A stretch of 64,000 nt of DNA, from positions 12,744 through 76,743 of the forward strand of contig MNCI01000161.1 in the NCBI GenBank assembly GCA_015680685.1, in the 5' to 3' direction. Below are positions 12,831 through 27,449 of the stretch, piece after piece. Source of the DNA: Gnetum montanum. Its lineage: Eukaryota > Plantae > Gnetophyta. A model generated the notes under the pieces. The model searched no databases. It saw only the letters and a program-made list of their open reading frames with translations, and was not told the origin of the DNA. Each line of letters begins with the position of its first letter. Position 1 is the stretch's first letter. A program made the position numbers and the translations under genes.

Positions 12831-14080
12831 TTTAATTTTATAGAAAATTAATTATCTTTTCATAATATTAGGATTTATTAGTTGAAGATGATTTAATATT
12901 GGAATGAACCTTCTCTATGATGATATCATTGAATTTGACTGTTCTCAATTCAAACACTTTGAGAAGTCAAGGAAATCAAAATAACACAATGCTCCAAAAT
13001 AGATCATACAATCTATAGTATAAAGAGGTAATAGGATTAGGACAATGTGAGACTTTACCTTCAAATTTAGAAACTTATGGAGCAACATCTACACTACTAG
13101 AAATACAATTGACTAATACAAGTAATAAGGGTGATTAAGGGAATGTAAAAATATTAAAGGATAAAAAGCAAAAAAGCAAAGGTATCAAATAACAATGACG
13201 ATTAGAGAAAATTCAAGCTAGAGTGCAAATAGAAACTAAATTATATAAAGGATTCTAAAAACAGAAAAAGAAACAAATTATCATGGAGCTAAGAACTAAC
13301 AATAGTTAAAAAGAGAGAGAAGAAGAAAAAATAGTCAAATAAATAGAGGAGAAAAACAAAATCTACTAGAACCAATTTACATATTTATATAGACAACTAT
13401 TTTGACCCACTAAGAATGCTAAAGAAGGTCAAAATGTGTCCTTATTCATTACTATTATTAACTCATGAATATCACAATAATGAAGTAATCATAAAATGAT
13501 ATAATAAATGTAGCCTACTCTATCATCCAAACAAGCATCTAATTAAAAAGGAGAAATTTCAATCATCACAACATGCAAGGAAGTTGTCAAACATGAAAGG
13601 AATAATAGAATGCCTTCTTTATCATTTCACACACTAGCTAGAATCCAAGGAAATTATTAACATTCTCTCCATAAATAAATATATCAAAAAAATCTTGTTA
13701 TTTCTAAAATAATATAACTACAAATATTCTTAAAAATATATTTGTATTTTTTTGGTATTCATTACTTCTACCCACAAACTTTATCTTTACACTAAATCTT
13801 TTAGGAACATTATTAATTAAGTTATTTTGAAAAAAAATTAAAACACTTGTACTATCTACTATACTAAAATTTTCATCCATAAATCTAAGACTAATCTACA
13901 AATAAATTTAAGTTTTATAATTACATATATTAAAAGTTATATCCATGTCAGTTTACAATAATAAGAGTTTGTATATAATAATTAAAATAATTGAGGCTAT
14001 AAAATTAAATACTTAAAGGCTTACAAACAAATAAAATTTGATATATTGTTTATTAATTCAAAATGAAATAATTCCATCAT

Positions 14081-14510
14081 TGATGAGTAGCGAGGTGCCC
14101 CTATGCCCAACCATACAAATCACAAGCATTCACATGCAATCTAGTTGAATTCCATAGACCTTAAGTTCTTAAGTACACTAGTTTCAAGGAAGTGAAATCT
14201 AATTGGACCGATTGTTATCTTCTTAGTTCCACTTGTGAGGTACAAGTATATGGTTAAGTACAATTAAGGTATGTGATTTTTATTATTTTATATTTTATAA
14301 GTTTAATTACCTAGAACTAGAATGAAAGGTAGAGTAATTTAATATCTAATTCATCTACTACCTAGCTAGCCTAACACAAGTACATGTTCCCACTCTCTAG
14401 ACACATCCTAAATGCATATAGCACTACTGGGTTGCCAAATGTTAAACGTTGCAGGGTGACTAAGTGCTACACGGATGCTCGAAGTGGTCATGCTCATGTT
14501 CATTAGCAAC
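14081..14510 (-). repeat. 3' part of an Athila-like LTR (minus strand)
   Basis: TGATGAGTAGCGAGGTGCCCC is the reverse complement of the LTR end GGGTACCTCGCCACTCATCA at 15420 and 59491. Internal blocks match 59100-59490. Confidence 0.78.
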
Positions 14511-14639
14511 TAGAAATTAATTGCCTAATTAAAGTGTATTAAAGTAAAGTGCATGAATATTAAATGCATTAAAAAAAATTAATCTATTCTCAGTGCTTCA
14601 AGGATTATCAAAAGGGTTCATTTTTTATTTCTATCACAC

Positions 14640-15420
14640 TATTCTACTCAAGTACATCAGTGCTTGAATAAATATCTACACACACTCAGATTCCTACTAT
14701 AAGCATTCAGAAAATGCTCTAACTCTAGAGTTAGATTGTAGCTAAACTCTGGCAGTTTGATCCCTCCAGAGATAGATTATTTTCTAGTGTCTGCCCGCAG
14801 TGTGGTGAATGTAATTGTACGGCATCCTTTATTCGAGTGTGACGTACTTGGACACGCACATGACCGGCAATAAAGATCGAGATTACTTCATCATTGCAGT
14901 ATTCACTTTGTTTATTTATTTATTTAATTGTTATTTACTGCTTTCCTAATTAGTCTCTCTCACCCTTAAACTCACGTTAGAACGCAGAATGAGTACGACT
15001 TGATTAAGAGCATTTAAGTTTGACTACTTGATAACCCAGTGGTGTACCTAGGATCTACGCTTGGTAATCCCAGTGGTAGTCATGCACGAAGTCCAAGATG
15101 TGTATGGATGATCAAGGAATAGATTTTCATCACACTTAAGCTAGATTAGATTCTTTTACCCTTTCTCTCCTAGCTTAGTTAATATTACCTTCCATTGCCT
15201 TCAGGAGTAGCATTAGATTAGGAACCATATCATACACCTCACTCTGGACTAAACCATACGTGACAAAGATAATACTAGTCCAGGTGGGAAGACAGTGAAC
15301 TGCGACCTAAGGATAACTGTCTAGGTTCCACAACTAGTCTGTCTGCGGAGTTCGACCGGATTGTGCATGAAAATGCTCGTATTCGTATGGTTGAATGTAG
15401 GGGTACCTCGCCACTCATCA
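14640..15420 (+). repeat. Athila-like LTR (plus strand, 5' end not found)
   Basis: Shares CTTTATTCGAG, GGCAATAAAGA, GAGTACGACTTGATTA and the terminal GGGTACCTCGCCACTCATCA with the LTR at 58500-59491. No PBS follows. Confidence 0.8.
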
Positions 15421-16989
15421 TATTCTATGTGAGATGTTGTAATGATGAAGAAAAATATTGATCTGTATTGTTATTGATAAATTATGTCTAGGGATAATCC
15501 ATTCAAATAAAGATGTTGTACAATTGTTAATCATCACATTGTAGGCATTCACAACTAACTCTAACTATAAGAAAATAAACTGTAAGAATTTTTCCAAGTG
15601 TTGGTAAAATTTCTATTGTTTGATAAAAGGGTGGGCTCATATTTATAGGCATGATCATGGCCCACTACATCATATCTATTACATGGTATATCAAGCCCTC
15701 TACAAAAAGTGTTTCAACAACTAGGTAGGCTTTCCTAGGTACATATAACTTTGGTAAATATTTAAAATTGGCCTTTGGTATGTCATGATATGTGTTGAAT
15801 TATAGAAATATAGGGAATTGAAATGGATTTATAGGAGGGTTAGCCATTATATGCAAATTTTGGTTCATTTTAAATTATCCTATTATTGATCTAAACTTCT
15901 TTTTAAAAGATAAGCCACTTATCAATGATGATGTTCTAGTTCACCTAGTCTTTACTCTATTGGCTAATGGACTCAAATGCCTCTTTGTTTGATGATGTTT
16001 CTACTTTAAACTTCAGTAATGTATTATGGATCTTAAAATATTTTAGTTTACTTGAATATCTGCTCATGAGCTAAATAGACTAGATAAATCATATAAGGGA
16101 ACCTTCCTCTAGTACTAATTAATTATTGGAGCAAGGAAATAACCTTGTACTAATAGTGTATTTACTTATTTTAGATGGCTATTGGACTTTGGATCCACCA
16201 AGATACAAATACTTCCAAATAGTCTTAGCTGAACTATTAAGGTAATTATTTGATTTATATGCTTTTTATTTTTACTAAAAAGTGTTATAAGTATTTTGCT
16301 TATGCTAATTAACATCCAGCTTCCTCTGTTAACTATCTTTCAACATTAGCCAATAATCCTTAATATTTTTTCAAATCATCGAGTTCCATATCTCATAATT
16401 ATTATAATAGAAAATAAACTATTTCATGAAAAATGTCATTTTAAAAATCTAAGCCATCTACTAACATACTTCTCAAAAGAAAAATATATTGCCAAAGTAA
16501 TGTCACATAAAGCTAGAACCTTAAAAAAATAATTAATTATTTCAAAGCTCAAATTTCAAATTTGAAATAGCATCTATTCCATATAATGCTTAGTTAGAAT
16601 TAACATTTAAATAAGCTATCTTATTCAACAAGCATAGTAAAATTAACCTAACCTCTTGTAAGTAAAAAAAAAATAACTCATGTCAAAACTATGATTTTAG
16701 TCAAATATAAAAATATGTAATCCTAGCCAAACAACTAGAAAATTATTAAAATAAATATTAAAATAAAAGATAAGCTAAGAGGGAAACCAAAACTTTCTTA
16801 ATATTCCATTACAGTAGAATCACTTTTTACAAGATTTTTCTCTTTTTTCCCTAGAAATTCACTTCTATCCTTTTTAAGTTATAAATCTACATGGATCTTT
16901 ATAGATTAGCTTGAGTGGTTACAACAGTTATACTAACCAATTCTATTCATGGCTTAATTAATTTGATAGCTTTTTTTTTTTTTTTGTAC

Positions 16990-18720
16990 AAGGCCAAAGT
17001 ATTTAACTATTGTTGAAAGGTCTTAAAGCCATCTTCATCCTTTGAATCTATTGACCATCTATTAGTAGTTGTTGAGATATTTTGCATAGATATAGATTAC
17101 CTTCACTACTCAATTCAACTTGATGGATTCTGATTGGACCATTATTTTGATAACTTCCTTAATAGTCAATTCATTAGCTCATAACTTAGATAATGAATTA
17201 GATAATTTATTTAACAAGACTCCTACCATTATATAAGTTTGTTTTAACTCCATTTTCTTTGGGTTAATTTTAGTCATGACTTTAACTACCGTCATCATTG
17301 TATTATCAATAAAATTTTACTTGAATTATGATAATTTTTTTATTATTTTGTAGATGTTGTATGATTAAACTCTTAGCTCTTTGATTAATGTATTCAAAGA
17401 AGGCCTTATTCCATTTGACTTCTTTAATCTATATGCAAACTTATTTTGCTAATATCTTTTTGAAATTTTAGTTGAAAAATTAGCTCATAAAAGTGTGGCT
17501 ATAGCAAGAACACTAGCTAACCACTCCTCAAGGTGAAGAAAAGCTCATTTTTATTTTATAACAAAGATTCTTTTATTATTACTATTGGTTTTATCTACTC
17601 ACTTGGTTCCTTGCAATCTTTGAGCTCATCTTTTAGCCTTAGCATCTCCTAGTTATTGTGAATCAATAATTATTTAAGTTTGACAATTTAATTATCTACC
17701 ATCTATTCCATGACTTTAACCAAAATAGCTATGAATTTATACATTTCCTAATGTGACATAACAAGTTTGTTTCCCCTTGTCAATAGATCCTCTTCCTTAT
17801 ATGGAAAGGTAGCATTAGATTTAGTTTCTACCTTGGTTTGATGTTTTTGACTTAAAATGATCATTCCTTCCTTTTCTTTTGCTTTGAAAGATCTTCTAGC
17901 TCCTTTAATTAGATACCCTAAAGGAAAATTCAAGGTAGTCACAGTTAATGATGATGATTCAAGGGTGTTCTTATCTTGTTTATTTGTTCTTACTCTATGA
18001 GCTTTTTTTTCTACTCTAACTATTGTTGCTCCAACAAATTTTGCTATTTTCTTTATTTTCCTTGCTTATAATAATTATAGTTTTTCTTGTTATTTGGACC
18101 CTAGAGAATTTGACACTATTCAAAGGAAATATTTTATTAGGAAAAGCTTCCTCAAGGATATCAAGCTTTTTTAAAAAAAATTTATTTCATTATAGATATG
18201 TGTTCTTCAAAGAAACTTCTAGCTAGTGGATGATCTCAACTTTCCAACCACTAACATAATTTTACAATGGAATTATTACATAATGATGTTGAAAGATTCA
18301 TTTATAAACTCTTCACAAAAATTATTCTACTTAATCTTTAGCTTAATTTATTTCTTTTTCATAAGCCCTTTGATAAAAAATATCTATATCATTTGGATGT
18401 TGAACCTTTATTATCTTTGTAACTAAATAAATGTTCCTTGGATAAACTTCAAGACCATAACACTTATTATATCTTTTAGTCATTCCATATAAATGCTAGT
18501 ATTGTTGAATTCCTAGAAGCAAATTTCATGGATAAAACATCTTTATGTTTATAGTCATGTATTAAAGGGCTCTCCCACATCTATCTTTCTACATTCATAG
18601 TTCCCAAATAAGGAGTTACAAATCATAAAATTTTGTGAACCTATCCTTCAATACCAACTATTAACAACATTGTGTATCTTGTGTGAGGAAAGAAAGTTCC
18701 ATGGTATTTATTTTTGATCT
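16990..18720 (-). pseudogene. Possible highly degenerate L1-type LINE (ORF1 and start of ORF2)
   Basis: Weak minus-strand remnants (IWEL*..IDVG; IIKV...G.Y) compatible with a DUF4283-type ORF1. The sequence is heavily decayed. Confidence 0.3.
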
Positions 18721-21680
18721 CTTTAATTATTTACTAATCAATTATTGGAGGGGAGACTCACAAAATGAATTTGAAATAAGTAGGATAAATAGAGTTCATA
18801 ATAAATTCATAATAAATGATTAGGAAGAAGCTGCAACATGGATATTTTATGTTGGCTTTGTATTTTGAACTATAATGTATAAAAATGGACATTTTACATT
18901 TTGGCTTAGGTATCTCTTAAGAGAAATTCAATCAGAAACGACCTTAAACTTGATTGTGTTTCATGTTAATGAATTTTTAACAAGCTTTACTATAATATAT
19001 CATTCATGCATTACATTGCAAAGAAATCTTTATCATTTTCTAAAGCTACCCAAGCCCAAACATGATATTCTTCAACCAAATTAATTTCATGGCTTGTACA
19101 AAAATTAAGTGTTGAAATGAAACTTATGTGGGGACCTAAGCTTTTTTTTCTTTTCAATGAATTTTTTCATATTCCTAATCCTTTAAAAGCAATTGTGGTG
19201 TAAGCTTTGGAACCTTTCCAGTATCTTGATGTAGCCAAAATCTTCCATTTAATACTTATTCATTAATTTTCATGCTTCATATTGATTGATATCTAACTCT
19301 ATAATCCCATATAGATTATATACATTTCTAATGTTGATATAAAAAAAACACTCAATATTTCCTCCAAAATAGAACTTATCTTTCTCACATACAGTTTCAA
19401 CCACTTATTATATGATCATGTCTCTAATTACATTCTTTCTTGGTTGAAACCCAAGCTTATGAAGGCCTATTTTTTCATAGAATTGATGTGAATATTATAT
19501 GGATTTGAGATGCACAAGCACTAATTTTAGAATAATATTGTGCTCCTTTTCAAATTCAAAACACTCTTCTTCATCTAACTTCAATTGCAAAGGTTCAATG
19601 TTTATCCACTATTGAAGTTGAAAAATGTTAAATTTGAGAGGCTTCATATAGTTAGAGAAACTAAAGGTATACATCTTATAACTTCTAAGGTTCTTCCCTT
19701 TCTTTGTGAGACATTCTAAAAGTTTATGGCTCATGAAGAAGCTTGAGTTATGAATTCATTGTGCTTCTAGCTTTGAGAATTTAATATTATTTTTGTAACT
19801 TAGCTTTCACTTGATAACTCTACACTATAGATTTTCTTTGTAGTTCAAAGCTTAACAAGCACTAATATTTTATAGATCTTTTGAAAAGAGGCTTTAATTC
19901 TAATTCACTCACTTTTAGCAAAGCTATTGGAATCAATAATCAACATCTATGCTAAATCTTTTCTTCTCTTTTAATTTGATGAGCTAACTTCTTTAAGGGA
20001 ATCATAAACTTCTTAAAGCTTGAGAGATTTTAGGTCATGCCATAGCATGAATAGCTTGGTTATTAATCCTTATTATAGAAGTATTTTATAAATATTCTTT
20101 GTAGAATTGATTTCTAACTTGTATCTAATGTCATTTTTAGGATTTAAATTTAACTAAGCTAATAGGGTAACTCATTTTAAATCATCTCTTAATTTTATAA
20201 GCTTTAGAGTATGTTTTTCCTAATTAGCTTTTCTTTAACCTTAAAAACCCATTTTATACTAATGCTTGAGGCTTTTTTCAAAGACCATATATTATTTTAT
20301 TAATCCTTGTTAAGTTGTTGAAATAATATGATAATTTGTCAACATGAGCTATGATTATAATCATTTTATTGATTTCTTATAGAATTAGTTTTTGGTTCTA
20401 TGAACCTTGATAATGAGATAGGCTCTGTTCATTTTTCTAGGTCTTTTGTCTTGCTTACGCATAGTTATTATGCTAACGTGCCTCATAGAATCAAATTATA
20501 GCCTCATTCTAAAACCATTTTTTGGTTATACTAGCTCTTTTCTGATTTGTAGATCTTATTATGCTTATATGTAGAATTAATTTAAGGTTATTCTTTATAA
20601 TTAAATCCAAATTTTATGAGATTTTAAATCCTTATACTCTTTGATCCTATGAAGTTTGACTATTCTTTGTAAAACCAATTGTTTTATTCTAGAAGCTTCA
20701 TGATTTGCTTATGTGTCAGTTAAACTCTTATTATAAGATCAATTTAGGTTAAAATATTTTTGTTTTCTTTAAACTTTGCTTGATTGCACTTTGCTTAGCT
20801 AGATCAAAAATATAATTTAGCATGTGTATAAACTTAGTGAATTTACTAATATTAGGTAGCTTTATTGCAATCCATAGACTTTATAAAATAAAATTTGATC
20901 TTGTTAGTAGAATAATTTTTTTGAATTCTAGGAGCTTCTTTTGTTTTATAAGCTAACATGATTTGTAAAACTAGATATGCACTTGTTTGTAGAATTGGTT
21001 AGTTGCTTTCATTCCTCAAGTCTATGTGGTAGGTTATGAGCTTTTCTTCTAGAATCAAATTAGTGGCTTCCTTGTAGAAGCAAAGTTTGGTTCTACTTTG
21101 AAAGAGTTCTAATCCTTCTTGCATATGTTTTATGCAAATTATATATGATGACTTAGATGAAGTTTTCTAGCTATAATGTGATTATTGGATAAGAGTACAT
21201 TGTAGAATTAATTATGCAATATAGGTAAATGATTCAATTGTTGTATCTTGGAGCCATGTTATGGATTTATAAAATGACCTATGTGATTAATCATTTTATC
21301 TTTTTTAACTATGTGGTTCATGAATTTGTATTTTAGATGTTCATGTGACATTTTATGGAATTTGTGAGTGTTTATTCTTTATGGTTTATTCAAGTTTTCA
21401 TATTGGATTATAAGGTTTTGTACTTGGCATATTAATTTTTTTAAATGATTATTTTAGGTTGTTATGTAATTCATGGATTTTAAAGTAATTAATTCATGTT
21501 CTTTAAGTGATTTCATGAATTTATCTATGGTTAATTTTTGGGTATGAAAACTAACATATGCTTGTAGATTGAAGTGGACTTACCTAGCCACAATTCTTAT
21601 CTTCGTTGGTTAAGAAAACATACAAATGTTTCTCACTTAGTCATACCAATTTCATTTTATTTTTAGATCACTAGGGACCA

Positions 21681-22255
21681 TGTGACATCTTGTTCCTGGA
21701 TGTCATGGAAAACATCAAATATATGTTATAGTAGACATTATGTATAAGAAGACAATATACCAAATGTCAAATATATGTAACATTTGACATTATGCATAAA
21801 GGAAATAATAGGAAAATGAAGAAAGAAAAAGGAAATAATGCTTTATTGATATGGAATTGTGTATCTAGAACATTGTTTGAGAGTGTTCCTTGAGCTTATC
21901 TTTCTTTAGCATCTATCCCTTAGAGGCAATTTAGCACTACCACCACGGTTAGGCCTACAACCTAGCCAAAGGGGATGGCCAGTCCTCTTCCTATCCCACT
22001 ATACCTAGCACACCATGACTCACTTTTATCAGCTCCACCACTCCATGATGGCACAACCTATAAGCTTGGGTATAAATTCCTTAGGTGAAACCCCCAAAGG
22101 TTACCTTGAGAGACACATCCATTATTACAATGCATCCTTTTGGGTCTCAATTACAACATGCCCTTTTGGGTCTTGTTACGATAACGATAACACTTGTTAT
22201 GAAGATGCACCATCTTTGTTATGCAACAACACCATTTGAAAATAGATATGTTATA
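21681..22255 (-). repeat. Solo LTR related to the chromovirus LTRs at 28008 and 37625
   Basis: TGTGACATCTTGTTCCTGGATGTCAT matches the reverse complement of the LTR end at 28488-28513. An internal CCTAAC..TGGTGG.AGTGCTA.ATTGCCTCTAAGG block is shared. Flanked by GACCA/GACTA (4/5 TSD). Confidence 0.85.
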
Positions 22256-24639
22256 GACTAGGAGAAGATAAAAGATCATAGGCTTAATTAAGATGTGGTA
22301 CATTTTTCTTGTTGCATTAGAAATTTTATATGCATTCTTATGACTATGAATATTGAATATTAGTTAAGTGTATTAAATAAATTATGTATTATTTCATTGG
22401 TTTCATCATGCTAGGTCTTTATGGATTATGATGTGTGGCATATTTTATAGTTATGCATTTGTGTACTAGTTATGCTTAATTTATAGATAATTATTTTTCC
22501 TAAAAGACTAATGTATTCTAATTACTCATGTTTTATCAATGTTTTGATTTTTTATGGTTTTATGTATGTTATAATCAATAGTCTTTATTACACTTCACTA
22601 GTGATTTATAGTTAATCCATAGTATTTCTTGCCATAATTGAGTTTATTCTAGAGGTTTAACCATGCATAATGCTTTCCTACCTAGACTAGATAGGAGATT
22701 TGTACTATAAGGAACATCATTTCAAGTGATGATAAGGTTATTATTTTCCAAGTTAAAAGACATGTATTTTAGCCTAGGAACAACTTCTTAAATAGGTTAG
22801 ACTTTCACTCATCTACCAACTCTCTTAAGAACTTGCTTTTTGAGATGAGCATAAAGATTTTAGGTGATGAACCTTATACAATTTTGATAGAATATATTGA
22901 AAAGTAATTGCAAATAAGATAATAACCTTAAACATAGGAGATGTAAAAAAATATTCTTTAATAACATTATTAAAAATTCCATTATTTTTTATCTTCAAAA
23001 TTTCAAAGAAGAATAATATTTGAATATTAATCCTGAACATAGATATGATGTTTAGCTTAATAATTAAATAAATATTGCTTTATTACATGTTTTTTTATAT
23101 TTAGGTTGAATTATTAATTTAATTTATTTATCTTTTCACATTTTGGAGTTAACCATAGGTAAACATATAAAATAACTTAAGGGATATGATAAGTAAACTT
23201 AAGTTCTTAACAAAGTATTACTTAAATACTTATAAATCATTTAAGCATTTTAGCACATAGAAACTTAAAAAAAATTGCTTAAAAAATCCATAATAAAACA
23301 TTTATGCCCACTTAGGCCTCATTACAACATGAATCAATGTCAACAAAAAAATCCATATTCAAGGTTAACTTACAATTCCATTGAATGGTTAAATTATAAC
23401 CTGAATATATAATGAGATGATCTTTTATCTAAAGTTAATTATTCATGCCACTCCATCTTAACAACCTCCAAAGCTTTATAATAAATCTACATGAAAAACA
23501 TGTAAGAAGGGTTAGTATACCTTCATAATATATGAAATACCATCTTGTATCTCCATGAAACAAGATTGGGAGATAAGGCCTATACTACAAAATAGACTAT
23601 TAGAAATAACAGTAAGTATTGATTATCTGAATTATTAATTCACATAACTATTAATATACACATTAAGCAAAATATAATCTATCATTAATCCATGATTTCC
23701 ACTAACTATTAATTTTTTATAAGGTTTTCAATATAAGATGTTTGGAAAACTATAAAGTTAATACTAACTTAATTAGCCATCAAGGACTATTTGACATAAT
23801 ACCTCAACTATTTATACCAACCCTCATGGATCTCCAAATCAACTATTAGGTTATGTTATGACTAGTATTAATATTATATTTCTCTTTGGTCCTATCTCCT
23901 CAACACCATCCTAAAATTATATTAATATTTGACTACAACATGATGATTTGTCATGAACTCCCAACCACCATATTAGTTGCCTCTTCTACAAATCATGCTT
24001 AATGCATATTATTTATTTCCTGAGGTCTTCAACATGTCAAATGTGTTGATACACATATAAAATATCCACTCATTGTCACCATCTAAAGTCATTGTTCTCA
24101 TCAAACATAGAAATAATAACTTGAATAAAACCTTGATATTTAACATATCTTACTACTATATTTTTATTTTTTTCGAAACCCTTATAATAAAATAGAATAT
24201 ACAAAAATCTAAATAAAATACCAATAATGGACCAACACCATCCTTCCAATATATCCAACTAAGAGCAATAAGAATCAATGACATAATAAAAGAATGATTC
24301 CAAAAGTAACAAGAAAAACATATGAAAGAATATACTGTCAATGTATAACATGTAAGAAAGGGTAAGTGTTCAAACATGTAAATGCATAGAAATTAATATA
24401 AGAGGCCTCAAGTTCAAATCACATCAGTGTAAAAGAGAGTACATTAGTCATTACTAGCATAGGCTACTATTAAAAGATCACTATATCATAAACCATGTTA
24501 TCATTAAAATATAAATTTATGCTAAAGAAAATAAAATAATAATGGTTAATAAAGAAGGGGTGCTAAGCTATAAACCCCAATTTATTATAATTTTTAAACA
24601 AAATTAAGAATTATATGTGATCTTGGATAGGCACCATTA

Positions 24640-24710
24640 TTTGACGTGATGGTAAGATCCTTAGTCCTTAAGTTATAAGACCTAGGTTTGAGCTTGGGTG
24701 TACCTACTTG
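24640..24710 (+). other. Degenerate tRNA-like/SINE head
   Basis: A-box-like TGACGTGATGG and B-box-like GGTTTGAGC at tRNA-like spacing. I could not verify a cloverleaf. Confidence 0.22.
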
Positions 24711-25502
24711 AAATGATGTTAATATTTTTCTCACTCATTGATCCTCTTAATATTGTAGTGATTTAAAGCATGAAGAGCTTTTTCTTTTTTATCCATGAAT
24801 ATAAATCCTTGTACAATAGGAAAAACATCTAGAAAATTTATTGTTCAATATTGTAGAATTTGATATTTGGCTCTTTAGTATAGAGGAAAACCATGAAAAA
24901 AAGGAGAAGACATATTAATGGATATGAATTTAGGTTAAAATTTATAGATGATGTACTTGAGGAGGAATTTTTGAAAGATAAACAAGTCTTTTTTAAGGTA
25001 CTTTGTAATAGACATGTTTTTTAGGGGCTAGTAGTACAACCTCATCACAAGCTAGATATGACCTACTAAGCAATAGTGCATGATCACAAGGCTACTTTGA
25101 AACTACCACACTTGAAGGAAAATGCAAAAATTGAACTCATATTCTGCCCACTAAAAGGTGAGTGTCTTGAACACTATGGGCACCCATGGTTGCACTTTAT
25201 AACATATTTATTACCTAGGACTTATAACAGTATGATTTCAATGGGCATGTGACAAAGGCTTTGATGGTGCTTGCTTGGGAGAAATTTTTATTTCTAGTAT
25301 AGATGATGTTATAGGATCATCATCTAGAGGCTCAATAAGGTAAGGTGCTAGGAGGGATGGCAGATGAGTAGAAACAAGAACCTTACCATCACTATAAGTG
25401 ATGGTCCCTATAGATGATGTTATACTTATATATATTACTTTATTATCTTAGTTATATATTTATAATATATATCTAAAATTTTTTCAAGAGAATCTTTTTA
25501 AT

Positions 25503-27449
25503 TCATCATAATCATCATCATCCTAATATTATCCAAACAAAATGGGATCAACTACATGATTTCTTTTTCATCATTCACCTCTATGAAGAGTGAGATTCTT
25601 ATTTATTTATAACTTCTTCAAATCATCTTCAATCATTTTCTTTAATGTCTTCTTTGATCTTCTTTTGGTAACTTTCCTGGAGAAGTGATGTAGTAATCTT
25701 TATTTATAGGCTTATTATTAAGTCTTCTTTACACATGAAACCATCAAAGTTGTCATTCTTATAGCTTATCTAAAATAGTAGTCACTCCAAGTCTTCTTAT
25801 GATGTCTACATTATATAGTTTATCTCTTATAGTAATATTTAACATCCATCCAAATAATTTACATTTCTACCACACTAATTTAAGATAGTAGGCTTGATTA
25901 CAATTTTGTAAACTTTTTTCTATAATTTTATTTGTATTATTTTATCATATGTAGCACCACTATCCTATCTTCATTTTGACCATTCTACCTCAAATTTTTT
26001 TTGATATCTTTATTAATTTCACCATCTAATTGGAGGATTGATTATAGGTAATAAAACTATATAGTAAGGGACTTTTTTTTCTTTAATTGTTGGCTAAGGA
26101 ACTCCTGTATCTCCTAATGATTTCTAAGCTTCTATGGAATATTATCAAGTTTAATATATTTTCCATTTTCTATCTTTGATAAGGCTATCTTTACCTAAGA
26201 GAAGGAAAGTTCATTAACCATACAAAAATTTTGTTCTTCTTCTTAGATTTTTCTCTTGGAAATTCTTCATTTAGTAATTCTTGAAAATAAATATTTCACC
26301 TATCCAAAATTTAAATGGATTTTACCAAAATTATTCCATCTACTTCCTTGATGCATTTGACATTATCAATGTCCTTAGATTTCCCTTTTCTAATTTTTTT
26401 CCAATTTATAAATAGATTTTTCTCCTTCCTTTATTCCTAATTTCTCACAAAAGCTATTGAGAAACTTATGTTTGACTTTAACTACTACTACAATTGCCTC
26501 CTTCTTTTCCATTTACTATATGAACATGTTTTCTTAGCTACCACTTTATTGTCATTTCTTAAAGTGTTTTTTCTTCTTTTGGATAGTCTGTTGCACTTCA
26601 TCAATTTACCACCATGTTTTCTTTGACATATATTTATTTCCTTTTTTTCATTCAAACTACTCTTTCCAATTTTTTAAAATTACTTTCCATCTAGCCCTAA
26701 AATAAATTTATAAAGTAATTTAAATTCCAAGTTCCTACGTGAAAATATTATTCTTTGAATAAGGTATGTTATGTTCTTTCAAATTTCACCATATTATGCA
26801 TTTTGTCTCTTTTCTTATGCTACCTTTAAATCTATATATAGCTAAATCCATTATCATTAGTCAATGCCAAGTTACAAGGCACTCTCTAGATGTGACCTTA
26901 CATTCTTTGCATATGACTAAGTCTCTTTTGTGTAGAAAGAAATTATTAGTTTGTGTTTTATCCATACCACCCTTGTATGTAATTAAATTTTTTGTCCTCT
27001 TCTTAAAATAAGTATTTTTAATTATAAGGTTATAATCACTTACAAATTATAGTAGTGAATCTCCCATATCATTATGCTTTTCAAATCCTTATCCTTTATG
27101 GATCCTTTTATATCTCATTTACATAGATCAAACATGATCATTAAAATCCTTTTCAATGAATATGCTTTCTTTTTGAAGAATTTATTGAAGCATCTAATCC
27201 ATGGAATCCTAAAAATCCTACTTAATCAAATTTTCTAGGATAAGTTATTAAGCATGTTTGTCGATGAAATTTATAATCTCATTTCTAAACATAAGATTAA
27301 TACCCGTAATTTGATCATCATGGTAATATATTTTTACTAGTTTATCTTTCATAGATTGATCAAGATGATGCCTACTCCATTTCAATGATTTTCTTTCCCT
27401 GAGTAGAAGAGTTTGTAACCCTTGCCTAAATATTTAGCTTTCTCTCTAG
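25503..27449 (-). mobile_element. RTE-clade non-LTR retrotransposon, degenerate and internally deleted
   Basis: Endonuclease remnant EKAKYLGKGYKLFYSGKENH*NGVGIILD, then NTYFKKR..LITYK and WW...EVQ. Ends with a plant-RTE-type 3' end (ATCC...GGGATCAACTACATG on the + strand) and a (GAT)n tail at about 25503-25522. Confidence 0.85.

Noticed and set aside
18900-19960. Possible copia RT/RNase H remnants on the minus strand
   Set aside because: Too decayed to recover diagnostic motifs by eye; needs a profile search.
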